Of a DNA stretch of 64,000 nt, positions 20,671 through 29,650 are shown piece by piece; positions within the stretch are counted from its first letter, which is position 1; each line of letters starts with the position of its first letter. Source of the stretch: an uncultured Gemmatimonadales bacterium (lineage in GTDB: Bacteria > Gemmatimonadota > Gemmatimonadetes > Gemmatimonadales > GWC2-71-9); assembly GCA_963728915.1 (NCBI GenBank), contig CAVSLV010000001.1:1216001-1280000 (forward strand), read 5' to 3'. Below the pieces are notes generated by a model. That model was not told the origin of the DNA. It saw nothing but the letters and a program-made list of their open reading frames with translations, and ran no database searches. The translations under genes and the position numbers were made by a program.

Positions 20671-22005
20671 CTATTCCTTGCCGTACTCGTAGTACTCGAC
20701 GCCGAGGTGGGTGATCGGTTCCTCGCCCATCAGGTAGCGCAACGTATTCTTGAGTTTGGTCTGCTGGATGAAGAGATCATGTTCGGGATAGAGGCCGGGA
20801 GCTACCTGGGGACTCTTGAAGTAAAAGGACAGCCACTCCTGCACCCCGAAGAAACCGGCCCGCTGGGCCAGGTCGAAGAACAAGGCGAGGTCGAGGACCA
20901 GCGGGGCGGCGAGAATCGAGTCCCGGCACAGGAAATCGACCTTGATCTGCATGGGATAGCCGCACCACCCGAAGATGTCGATGTTGTCCCAGCCCTCCTT
21001 GTTGTCGCCCCGGGGCGGGTAGTAGTTGATCCGAACCTTGTGATACAGGTGGCCATACAGCTCGGGATACAGCTTGGGTTGGAGGATGTATTCCAGGACC
21101 CCGAGCTTGGATTCCTCCTTGGTCTTGAAGCTCTCCGGGTCGTCGAGCACTTCCCCGTCCCGGTTCCCCAGGATATTGGTCGAGTACCAGCCCGATACCC
21201 CGAGCATCCTCGCTTTGAACATCGGGGACAGCACGGTCTTCACCATGGTCTGCCCGGTCTTGAAGTCCTTGCCACCGATCGCGATCCGACGCTGCGCGGC
21301 GAGCTCCACCAGCGCCGGCGCATCGACGGTCAGGTTGGGCGCCCCATTGGCGAACGGGACATTCTCCATCAAAGCAGCCCAGGCATACAGCATGGACGGG
21401 GCAATGGCCGGGCTGTTCGCATCCATCGCCTTTTCGAAGGCGGCGAGCGAGGCGTGTTCGGGACCCGGGGCGATGAAGATCTCGGTCGAGGCGCACCACA
21501 CCACCACCGTTCGGGAAACGCCGGTGCGGGACTTGAACTCCCGGATATCCTTCCGCAACGCTTCCGCCAGCTCGCGCTTGGACGAGCCCGGCTTCACGTT
21601 GGTGCCCTGCAGTCGCTTCACGTAGTGCTGATCGAACACGGCGGGCATCGGAACCAGCGGCTCGAGGAAATCCCGGATGGCCTCGACGTGTTCGTGCCGG
21701 TCCAGGACCCCGCATTTGATCGCCGCCTGATAGGCGTTGTCGGGGATCGGGTCCCAGGCGCCGAACACCAGGTCGTCGAGCCCGGCGAGCGGAACGAAGT
21801 CCTTGATCAAGGGGGCGCGTTGTTCGGTCCGACGGCCCAACCGGATGGTGGCGAGCTGGGTGAGGGAGCCAAACGGCTTGGCTTTCTGCCGCCGGGCCAG
21901 CTCCACGCCGGCGATGAAGGTCGAGGCAACCGCACCAAGCCCCACGCACAGCACACCGAGCTTGCCGGACGCGGGCGCAATGGAACGGGGAGTCGACTCA
22001 GGCAT
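20671..22005 (-). CDS. ino1: myo-Inositol-1(3)-phosphate synthase
   Basis: GLGAVASTF, WCASTE, FANGAP, GKDFKTGQT, STNILGNRDG, YYPPRGDNKE, CRDSILAAP. Confidence 0.93.
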   Translation of the reverse strand: MPESTPRSIAPASGKLGVLCVGLGAVASTFIAGVELARRQKAKPFGSLTQLATIRLGRRTEQRAPLIKDFVPLAGLDDLVFGAWDPIPDNAYQAAIKCGVLDRHEHVEAIRDFLEPLVPMPAVFDQHYVKRLQGTNVKPGSSKRELAEALRKDIREFKSRTGVSRTVVVWCASTEIFIAPGPEHASLAAFEKAMDANSPAIAPSMLYAWAALMENVPFANGAPNLTVDAPALVELAAQRRIAIGGKDFKTGQTMVKTVLSPMFKARMLGVSGWYSTNILGNRDGEVLDDPESFKTKEESKLGVLEYILQPKLYPELYGHLYHKVRINYYPPRGDNKEGWDNIDIFGWCGYPMQIKVDFLCRDSILAAPLVLDLALFFDLAQRAGFFGVQEWLSFYFKSPQVAPGLYPEHDLFIQQTKLKNTLRYLMGEEPITHLGVEYYEYGKE

Positions 22006-22010
22006 CCGGC

Positions 22011-22640
22011 TCAGGTCCTTTCGTCGCGGGTTATCCGATGGACGTACACGAACCGCTGTATCACCGTGATGATGGAAAAGAACGCCAGGGCCGCCACCAC
22101 GATCTGGAGCGCCAGCACCTCATAGGGTCCATCGCCGAGGAGGATCGAGGCGGCCCCGAGCGCGATCAACCGCTCGGCTCGCTGGACGATGCCGACCTTG
22201 CATTCCAACCCGAGACCCTCGGCGCGAGCCCGGGCGTAGGAAACCAGCAGGCTGCTCCACACCGCAACCATGCAGAGCGTGATGGTTGCGATGCGCCAGG
22301 GGACCGCGGGAGTCCACAGGAGGAATACCGCGATCCCAATGAAGGTCGCTCCGTCGCCAACCCGATCGAGGGTCGAATCGTAGAACGCCCCGAATTTGGA
22401 AACCTGATGCCCATGGCGCGCCACCTGCCCGTCCAGGGTGTCGACCACCCCACTCCCAAGCAGCAGAATGCCCCCGAGCCGAATCCAGCCAAGTCCGTAG
22501 GCCACCGCGGAGACAACGACAAAGAGTGCCCCGACTGTGGTGATCGTATTGGGTGAAATCCGACGCCGGCGCAGCCACTCGGCGAGCGGGAATGTGGCGC
22601 CCAGAAACCCCCTCTCCACGAATTTCGGGACGAGTTTCAT
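22011..22640 (-). CDS. CDP-alcohol phosphatidyltransferase (probable phosphatidylinositol-phosphate synthase)
   Basis: SPNTIT; DTLDGQVAR...GAFYDSTLDR signature; LVSYARARAE...G..QRAER typical of PIP synthases. Confidence 0.85.
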   Translation of the reverse strand: MKLVPKFVERGFLGATFPLAEWLRRRRISPNTITTVGALFVVVSAVAYGLGWIRLGGILLLGSGVVDTLDGQVARHGHQVSKFGAFYDSTLDRVGDGATFIGIAVFLLWTPAVPWRIATITLCMVAVWSSLLVSYARARAEGLGLECKVGIVQRAERLIALGAASILLGDGPYEVLALQIVVAALAFFSIITVIQRFVYVHRITRDERT

Positions 22641-22704
22641 CGGGCTCCGACTGCGCCCCGGAAGAGAGGAAGTATCAAGCATTACAATGGGTTAGGAGGG
22701 GCGG

Positions 22705-22733
22705 AAGATAGTCCCGGATGCGGCCCCCGGCAA
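22705..22733 (-). promoter_or_regulatory. Putative sigma70 promoter of the inositol-lipid operon
   Basis: Minus strand TTGCCG-17 nt-TATCTT. Confidence 0.55.
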
Positions 22734-22752
22734 ACTTCCCTGCCCCAGGTAT

Positions 22753-23973
22753 TCACCGGTAGAGCAGCAGGCCTCGGCGGGACTGCTCCCACCGCGCGAT
22801 CTCAGGCTGCCAACCGGAAACGATCCCCCGGGGTGGCGTGCCGGCTAGAATTGCCTCGCGAAGCGTGGGCCCGCCAGCCAGACGATCGAATCCCGCAGCC
22901 CGGAAGCCGATCTCGTCAGGGTACATCCGGTGGAGAATGGCGAGAAGCGCCACCGCGGTAAGCAGCGGATCATAGGTGGCGGCGTCCGTGAGCACCAACC
23001 GGATCCCGTGCACCGGGATCGATCCGTACTTGCTGTCCGAGGGGTCGCGCGGCGTGAAATCGACCTTCTGGAAGCGGACCCCAGGCAAGCGGGCCTCGGA
23101 GAGCTCCCGGAGTACCTTGTCCGCCTCCAACCAGGGAGCACCGATCTGGCGGAACGGCGCATCGGTACCTCGGCCCACGGAAAGCGCGGTGCCCTCGAAG
23201 TGCACCAGCCCCGGATAGTGGAAGAGGCTCTCGGGATCCTTGAGGTTCGGACTGGGGGCGATGAATGGCAGCCCGGTGTCCAGGATGGTCATCCCACGTG
23301 ACCATCCAGCGGCGGGAATGACCCCCAGATCGGTGCCCAGGCCCAGCTCCCGATTGGCCAGGCGAGCCAGTTCTCCCAACGTCAGGCCATGACGCATCGG
23401 CATGGCCAGGGCACCGACGAAGGAGCGATAGGACGGATCGAGCAGGTTCCCCTGGACGGCTCCTCCGATGGGGTTGGGACGATCCAGAATCACTACCCGC
23501 TTGCCAAACCGTGCCGCCGCCCGCATGACTTCAATGGTGGTGCTGAGATAGGTATAGGAGCGGGCTCCCACGTCGGGCAGGTCCACGAGCAGGAGTTGGA
23601 CTCCCGCAAGCATGGAGTCGGTGGGCGCCCGTCGATCGCCATAGAGGCTGTAGATTGGAAGACCGGTGGCGCTGTCCCGCGAAGAGGCTACGATTTCGCC
23701 GGGCTCGGCGGTCCCACGAAACCCGTGTTCGGGACTGTACAGTGCCACCAGGTGGAGTCCCGCTTCGCGCAACCGTTCCACGTCGCTCCGGCCGGCCGCA
23801 TCGATGCCGCCCTGGTTCGTGACCAGGCCGATGCCGGCCTCCCGAACAACGTGGAGACTGTCTCGAAGCAGGACGTCAATCCCGGGAAGGACGGCCGGCC
23901 GGACCGGTTGGGCGGGGTTCGGGGCCGACCCGACGCATCCCACGAGCACCAACATCATGATCCTCGAGCGCAT
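22753..23973 (-). CDS. namZ: Exo-beta-N-acetylmuramidase NamZ (DUF1343, YbbC)
   Basis: GLVTNQ, LYSPEHGFRG, DVGARSYTY, LDRPNP, RHGLTLGELA, PSPNL, FEGTALSVGRGT. Confidence 0.9.
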   Translation of the reverse strand: MRSRIMMLVLVGCVGSAPNPAQPVRPAVLPGIDVLLRDSLHVVREAGIGLVTNQGGIDAAGRSDVERLREAGLHLVALYSPEHGFRGTAEPGEIVASSRDSATGLPIYSLYGDRRAPTDSMLAGVQLLLVDLPDVGARSYTYLSTTIEVMRAAARFGKRVVILDRPNPIGGAVQGNLLDPSYRSFVGALAMPMRHGLTLGELARLANRELGLGTDLGVIPAAGWSRGMTILDTGLPFIAPSPNLKDPESLFHYPGLVHFEGTALSVGRGTDAPFRQIGAPWLEADKVLRELSEARLPGVRFQKVDFTPRDPSDSKYGSIPVHGIRLVLTDAATYDPLLTAVALLAILHRMYPDEIGFRAAGFDRLAGGPTLREAILAGTPPRGIVSGWQPEIARWEQSRRGLLLYR

Positions 23974-25698
23974 GTGACCTCACCGATTCGTGTTCGCACT
24001 CTGGCCTGTTGGCTGCTGGTGGCCCCGGTGGGCGCCGCCGCCCAGACTCCATCTCCCAAACCCTTTCCGGTGGTCGCCCGGTTGCTCCGAACCCTCCCGC
24101 TGCGGGATCGCATTGCCCAGCTGGTCATGCCCTGGATTCCGGGAACCTATACGGCGTTCGACGATTCGACGTTCGCCCAGGTCCTGGAATGGGTGGACTC
24201 CGTGCACGTCGGGGGCATCGTCGTTTCGATCGGATCGCCCCTCGACATTGCCGCCAAGCTGAACTATCTGCAGCGGCGTTCCCGACTCCCCATCCTCGTA
24301 GCGTCGGATCTCGAAGGGGGAACCAGTGTCCGCTTCAATGGAGGCATTCCCTTCCCGACCAATATGGGCGTGGGCGCGACTCGGAGCGAATCCGACGCCT
24401 ATGAAATGGGGCGCATCACGGCGGCGGAGGGACGGGCCGCGGGCATTCACCTGACCTTTTCTCCGGTGGCGGACGTCAACAACAATCCGGCCAACCCGAT
24501 CATCAACACCCGCGCGTTCGGCGGCGATCCCATCGCAGTCGCTCGGCTGGTGGCCGCGGCGGTCCAGGGAACCGAGGATGGCGGAATGCTGGCGACCGCC
24601 AAGCATTTCCCCGGACATGGGGACACCGACACCGATTCGCACATTTCGCTCCCGGTGATCCGGGCGGACTGGAACCGGCTCAATTCCCTGGAGCTGGTCC
24701 CTTTTCGTGCCGCGATCGCGGCTGGTGTGTCGGTCGTCATGTCGGCCCACATCGCGCTGCCAAGGCTCGAAGGTGACTCCAGCCGCCCCGCCACGCTTGC
24801 CCCCGAAATCCTGACCGGGATTCTTCGCGACTCGCTCCGGTTCAACGGGCTGGTGGTGACCGATGCATTGAACATGGGGGCGCTGGTCGGAAAGTACGGG
24901 CCGGGTGAGGCCGCGGTGCTCGCCCTTCTGGCCGGCACCGACATCCTGCTCATGCCGGCGGACGCGCGCGCCGCGATCGACGCCGTCGAAGCGGCGGTCC
25001 AGTCGGGCAGGATCTCGGACGAACGACTTGACGCCTCGGTGATCCGGGTGCTGGAGGCCAAGCACAAGCTCGGGCTCTTTCAGCATCGAACCGTGGACCT
25101 CGATCGGCTTGGGATGGTCGTCGGGAATCGAGCCCACCAGGAAATTGCCCAGGACGTTTCCCAGCGCTCCCTGGTGCTGGTCCGGGATAGCCTCGGTATG
25201 CTCGACAGGCTTCGCCGGGCTGCTCAGCCGATCGCGATGGTGCTGTACTCCGATTCGTACTCTCAGCCGATGGGAGCGACGCTTCTCGCGGAATTGGGAC
25301 GGAAAGGCTATCGGGTCAGGTCCTTCCGGCTCTCCGCTGCCAGCGGTCCGGCCAGCTACGATTCCGCCGCCGCGGTGCTCCAATCGGCGCCCACCGCCGT
25401 GTTTGCGACCTCGGTCCGGGTCGCGGCCTGGCGAGGCGCCATTGCGTTGCCGGATTCGCTTGCCGCACTCATTGAGCGGTCCAGTGCCGAACGCCCGACC
25501 GGGCTGGTCTCCTTCGGGACGCCATACCTGCTGAGCCAGGTGCCCGACGTGGCCATGTACCTTCTGGCGTGGACCCCAAACCCGTTCACCGAGACCGCGG
25601 TGACCGGCGCCCTCACAGGATCGTCCATTACCGGACATCTCCCGATCGATCTCCCCCCTGGCTATAAGACCGGTTGGGGAATTCAAAAGAGTCATTGA
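23974..25698 (+). CDS. nagZ: GH3 beta-N-acetylglucosaminidase
   Basis: DLEGG, FSPVADVNNNP, KHFPGHGDTDTDSH NagZ signature, VTDALNM. Start taken at GTG 23974 before the signal peptide. Confidence 0.9.
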   Translation: MTSPIRVRTLACWLLVAPVGAAAQTPSPKPFPVVARLLRTLPLRDRIAQLVMPWIPGTYTAFDDSTFAQVLEWVDSVHVGGIVVSIGSPLDIAAKLNYLQRRSRLPILVASDLEGGTSVRFNGGIPFPTNMGVGATRSESDAYEMGRITAAEGRAAGIHLTFSPVADVNNNPANPIINTRAFGGDPIAVARLVAAAVQGTEDGGMLATAKHFPGHGDTDTDSHISLPVIRADWNRLNSLELVPFRAAIAAGVSVVMSAHIALPRLEGDSSRPATLAPEILTGILRDSLRFNGLVVTDALNMGALVGKYGPGEAAVLALLAGTDILLMPADARAAIDAVEAAVQSGRISDERLDASVIRVLEAKHKLGLFQHRTVDLDRLGMVVGNRAHQEIAQDVSQRSLVLVRDSLGMLDRLRRAAQPIAMVLYSDSYSQPMGATLLAELGRKGYRVRSFRLSAASGPASYDSAAAVLQSAPTAVFATSVRVAAWRGAIALPDSLAALIERSSAERPTGLVSFGTPYLLSQVPDVAMYLLAWTPNPFTETAVTGALTGSSITGHLPIDLPPGYKTGWGIQKSH

Positions 25699-26945
25699 GC
25701 GTCCGGTCTTTCCTGGCCTGGTCCAGCGTTTCCCTTCTGGCCGGAGGGTGCGGAAGGCTGGCTCCGCCGGAGCTGCCCTCGCCACGAGAACTCTGTTCCG
25801 GGCCACCATGCATGCTGGATTCCATCACCCAGGTGATCGATTCGGGGATCGCCGCGGGCGCCGCGCCCGGCGCCGTGCTCGCGGTGTCGTACCGGGGACA
25901 ACGCTATCTCTACGGGGCCGGCCGTCTCGCCCTGGATGACCCACGTCGTCCCGACGGGCACAGCATCTACGACCTGGCGTCCCTCACCAAGGTCGTCGCG
26001 ACGACGACGCTGGCGATGTTCGCGGTGAGTGAAGGCAAGCTCGATCTCGATGCTCCGGTTCAGCGCTATCTCCCAGAGTTCCGGGGCGCCGGGAAGGATC
26101 GCGTCACGGTTCGCCATCTCCTTACCCATTCCAGCGGCCTGCCCGCCGACCGCCCCATCTGGCGCCAGAGTCCGGACGCGGATTCGGCGCTTCGCTTGGT
26201 CAACGGCACCCGGCTCGATACGGTTCCCGGAGCCCGCATGGTGTATTCGGATCTCGGCGCGATTGTGCTGGGGGAGGTCATTGAGAAGGTCTACCACGGC
26301 CGATTGGACCGTCTGGCGGCCCGGAGAATCTTCCGGCCGCTGGGCATGGTTTCCACCGGGTTTCGACCCAACCGAAGACTCATCCCCCGCATTGCGGCGA
26401 CGGAATATGATTCGGCCTGGCGGAAGCGCATGGTGCGCGGCGAGGTGCATGATGAAAAGGCGGCCTGGCTGGGCGGTGTGGCGGGTCACGCGGGGTTATT
26501 CGCGAGCGCGGTGGACCTGATGTCGTTCGGAGAATGGTTGGTTGCAAGCGGATCGGCGGGCGGGCGGACCGACGGACCGGGGTGGAAACGAGCGATCCTT
26601 TCCGCCCTTCCGCCAGTCCGCCAGTTCGTCTGGAATGAGTTCACCCGCAGGCAGGACCTCGTCCCCGGCTCCTCGCGGGCCCTCGGCTGGGACACCCCAT
26701 CACAAGGGAGCAGCGCCGGGCACCGGCTCTCTCCCGAGAGTTTCGGTCACACTGGATTCACCGGGACTTCGATCTGGATCGATCCGACGCGAGAGCTGGT
26801 GATCGTCCTGCTCACCAACCGAGTGCACCCGACCCGGAACAACCCGAGGACCGGGCCGTTCCGGGTCGCGGTAGCAGATCGTGTCGTCGAGCTGCTGTTA
26901 TCGAGCGGTGTTACTTCCCGACCGCCACGTTCACCCGGGCATTGA
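25695..26945 (+). CDS. Beta-lactamase-fold serine hydrolase lipoprotein (AmiE/YbbE-like)
   Basis: TTG start overlaps the nagZ stop (TTGA); lipobox LAGGC; DLASLTK (SxxK), YSD, GEVHDE, GHAGLF, HTGFTG. Confidence 0.88.
   Translation: MSVRSFLAWSSVSLLAGGCGRLAPPELPSPRELCSGPPCMLDSITQVIDSGIAAGAAPGAVLAVSYRGQRYLYGAGRLALDDPRRPDGHSIYDLASLTKVVATTTLAMFAVSEGKLDLDAPVQRYLPEFRGAGKDRVTVRHLLTHSSGLPADRPIWRQSPDADSALRLVNGTRLDTVPGARMVYSDLGAIVLGEVIEKVYHGRLDRLAARRIFRPLGMVSTGFRPNRRLIPRIAATEYDSAWRKRMVRGEVHDEKAAWLGGVAGHAGLFASAVDLMSFGEWLVASGSAGGRTDGPGWKRAILSALPPVRQFVWNEFTRRQDLVPGSSRALGWDTPSQGSSAGHRLSPESFGHTGFTGTSIWIDPTRELVIVLLTNRVHPTRNNPRTGPFRVAVADRVVELLLSSGVTSRPPRSPGH
26547..26631. repeat. Degenerate inverted octamer repeat inside the serine hydrolase CDS
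   Basis: AGCGGATC GGCGGGCG GGCGGACC GACGGACC ... TTCCGCCC TTCCGCCA GTCCGCCA GTTCGTCT. Confidence 0.7.
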
Positions 26946-27534
26946 ACGCGACGTCGGTGGAACCCCCGCCAAAATAGATGCGGAGCATGGGAACCAGCGA
27001 AATCCGGTTGCTGAAGATGAACCCGGCCCCGGCGTCGAGGACGCCGACGAAATCGGTGGTTCCGCCAAACCCGGTGACCGAGCTATGGCTGAAGCCCACC
27101 TGACCGCCTCCGGTCAGAATGATATTCATATTCTTGGCATTGGTCGCCAAGGGGTACCCGCCGTATAGCCCGCCCATGACGTCCAGGAAGCTGAAATCGT
27201 TCTTCTTCAGACCATACTCTGCGTTTACCACCGGGCAGATTGCGATCTTGTCGGCCAGCTTGTTGCTCAATTCCTTGCCCACCCCAGCGGTGAGTAGCAC
27301 CTGGGACCCGGCACCCCCGCCGTAGGAAATGACCCCGGCTCCGGCCCCGAGGAAGAGTCCCTCATCCTTGCCAGTGCCGATACCCCCGAGAATCGTGGTG
27401 CCGCCATCGAATTCGAGCGAACCGCCCACCTTCATTTTGCCGGAGCTCCACGGCGCCTGGCCGATACAGGCCTGGGCCTGAACCGCCGCTGGAACGGCAA
27501 CGACCGCCATCAGCAACAGGGCCACCTTACGCAT
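26911..27534 (-). CDS. Probable small outer-membrane beta-barrel protein
   Basis: GGAGG SD, signal peptide MRKVALLLMAVVAVPAAVQA, Gly-rich alternating beta-strands. Confidence 0.6.
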   Translation of the reverse strand: MRKVALLLMAVVAVPAAVQAQACIGQAPWSSGKMKVGGSLEFDGGTTILGGIGTGKDEGLFLGAGAGVISYGGGAGSQVLLTAGVGKELSNKLADKIAICPVVNAEYGLKKNDFSFLDVMGGLYGGYPLATNAKNMNIILTGGGQVGFSHSSVTGFGGTTDFVGVLDAGAGFIFSNRISLVPMLRIYFGGGSTDVAFNARVNVAVGK

Positions 27535-27647
27535 ACGTAATGCCTCCGTCAAAGAGAAGGAAAGCGCACTCGGGACCGCCCAGGAATCCGGACCAATCTA
27601 CCGTAAGATCCGTGATTCCGCGCCCCCATATTCCCTCTATGCGTAGA

Positions 27648-27676
27648 TTGACCCTTCCGACCGTCGTTCCTATGTT
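27648..27676 (+). promoter_or_regulatory. Putative sigma70 promoter for the A-type carrier gene
   Basis: TTGACC-17 nt-TATGTT. Confidence 0.65.
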
Positions 27677-27709
27677 TAGAGGGCACTCTCTTTGCAGGGG
27701 AACCTCAGC

Positions 27710-28078
27710 ATGACAACCACAGGCCAGGAAACCCAGACCGCCGGCATCCAGGTGAACCTTACGCCGCGGGCGGTCGAGGAAGTCCTCAAATTCATGGAAG
27801 CCGAAAAGGTTCAGCCCGATGTGGCGGGGCTGCGGGTGAGCGTGCTCCCGGGCGGGTGCTCAGGGTTCAAGTACAGCCTCAACATCGAAGAGCAGGCGCT
27901 CGAGGACGACTACGTGGTCCCGGTCGACCGGGTCCGGGTCTTCGTCGATGGGTTCAGCCTCCAGTACCTGAACGGCGTCACGATCGATTACGCCTCCTCC
28001 ATGCAGGGATCCGGGTTCACCTTCACCAATCCGAACGCCACCGGCGGCTGCGGCTGTGGAAGCAGCTTCAACGCCTAG
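27710..28078 (+). CDS. A-type Fe-S carrier (IscA/ErpA/HesB family)
   Basis: GGCSGFKY and NPNATGGCGCGSSF. Confidence 0.93.
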   Translation: MTTTGQETQTAGIQVNLTPRAVEEVLKFMEAEKVQPDVAGLRVSVLPGGCSGFKYSLNIEEQALEDDYVVPVDRVRVFVDGFSLQYLNGVTIDYASSMQGSGFTFTNPNATGGCGCGSSFNA

Positions 28079-28099
28079 CTGATTCCCCGCTTGTCCTCG

Positions 28100-28130
28100 A
28101 AAGCCCGCCGGGTCCGCTCGGCGGGCTTTT
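28100..28130 (+). terminator. Intrinsic terminator
   Basis: AAAGCCCGCCG-loop-CGGCGGGCTTTT. Confidence 0.7.
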
Positions 28131-28171
28131 GACTATTCTTCCCCGCTTCATCCTCACTTCACCAGGTCACG

Positions 28172-29650
28172 GTGCGCGGGATCGATCTCGCGGTCATTCT
28201 GATCTATTTCGCGGCGACCATGGGGATCGGCCTCTGGGTCACCCGCGCTCAGCGCACCGTCGGCGACTACTTCCTCGGGGCGCGGGACCTGCCGGCCTGG
28301 AGCATCCTGCTGTCGATCGTTGCGACCGAGACCTCGGCCCTGACGGTCATCTCCATCCCCGGCGTGGGTGCCCGGGGCGACCTGACCTTTCTCCAGCTCG
28401 CCTTCGGATACCTGGCAGGACGCATCCTCGTCGCGCGATGGTTGCTCCCGGGTTACTTCACGGGACACCAGGAGACCGCCTACACCCGGCTCGAGTCGCG
28501 ATTCGGACCGGGGACCCGACGGGTCGTTTCGGCCTGCTTCCTGGTCACCCGATTCCTCGGCGACGGGGTCCGCATCTTCGCCGGGGCAATCCCCCTGGCC
28601 CTGGTCACCGGATGGAAGATCCCCTCGGCGATTCTCGCAATGGGGGTCGTCACGCTGGTGTACACCTACCTCGGGGGACTCAAGGCGGTGGTGTGGGCCG
28701 ATGTGATCCAGCTCGGGGTCTATCTCACCGGGGGCGTGGTCGCCCTGGGCATCGCGGCGGGCCTCGCGGGTGGATTCCCGCACGCGCTCGATCTGGCGGG
28801 CGCGGCCGGGAAGCTCCGGGTCTTCAACCCTTCGCTCTCGCTCTCGGCTCCCTACACCATTCTCGGCGGGCTGGTTGGCGGCGCCATGCTTTCGGCGGCG
28901 TCCCATGGAACCGACCACCTCATCGTGCAGCGACTCCTGGCCACGCGCTCGCTCAAAGATGCCCGCCGGGCCCTGGTCGGCTCCGGGATCGTGGTGATCG
29001 CGCAGTTCCTGCTCTTCCTCCTGGTCGGGGTGGTCATCTGGTCGGCGGGCCTCGCCCCGGCGGGGATCCCCGGCGATCAGGTCTTCCCTCGCTTCATCAT
29101 CACCTATCTCCCGGCGGGGCTGGCGGGGCTCTTGATCGCCGGGATCCTGGCCGCGGCGATGAGCACCATCAGCTCCTCGATCAACGCACTGGCATCGTCC
29201 GTCACCCACGACTTCTACGCCTCGCTGACCGGACGGCGGGAGCCGGCCCATCTCCTGACGGTGGGGCGGGCATTTTCCGCGTTGTGGGGGGTCGGGCTGG
29301 TCGCTGCGGCGCTCGGTTTCTATCGCTACGCGAGCGGAACCGATACGCCGGTGGTCGTCCTGGCGCTCTCGATTGCATCGGTCACCTATGGGGCCCTGCT
29401 CGGTACGTATATCCTTGCCGGCCGATGGCCCCGCGCTTCGGGACGGGATGCCGTCACCGCGACCATGGTGACCCTCGTCTGCATGCTGGCGGTGGTCTTC
29501 GCCCGACCGCTCAGCTCGGCGCCAGGGCTTGGCTGGCTCCGGCCGGTGGGCGATCTGGCCTGGCCCTGGTACGTTCCACTGGGAACCCTGATCACGGTGA
29601 TCACGGGAATCGGATCGAGTCTGGTGGGAGGATCGCGGGTTAGGACATGA
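28172..29650 (+). CDS. Sodium:solute symporter (SSS family)
   Basis: DYFLGAR, SIVATETSALT, GGLKAVVWAD, QRLL, AAAMSTISSSINAL. Confidence 0.9.
   Translation: MRGIDLAVILIYFAATMGIGLWVTRAQRTVGDYFLGARDLPAWSILLSIVATETSALTVISIPGVGARGDLTFLQLAFGYLAGRILVARWLLPGYFTGHQETAYTRLESRFGPGTRRVVSACFLVTRFLGDGVRIFAGAIPLALVTGWKIPSAILAMGVVTLVYTYLGGLKAVVWADVIQLGVYLTGGVVALGIAAGLAGGFPHALDLAGAAGKLRVFNPSLSLSAPYTILGGLVGGAMLSAASHGTDHLIVQRLLATRSLKDARRALVGSGIVVIAQFLLFLLVGVVIWSAGLAPAGIPGDQVFPRFIITYLPAGLAGLLIAGILAAAMSTISSSINALASSVTHDFYASLTGRREPAHLLTVGRAFSALWGVGLVAAALGFYRYASGTDTPVVVLALSIASVTYGALLGTYILAGRWPRASGRDAVTATMVTLVCMLAVVFARPLSSAPGLGWLRPVGDLAWPWYVPLGTLITVITGIGSSLVGGSRVRT

Noticed and set aside
23389..23973. Extended NagZ N-terminus
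   Set aside because: Antisense to namZ.
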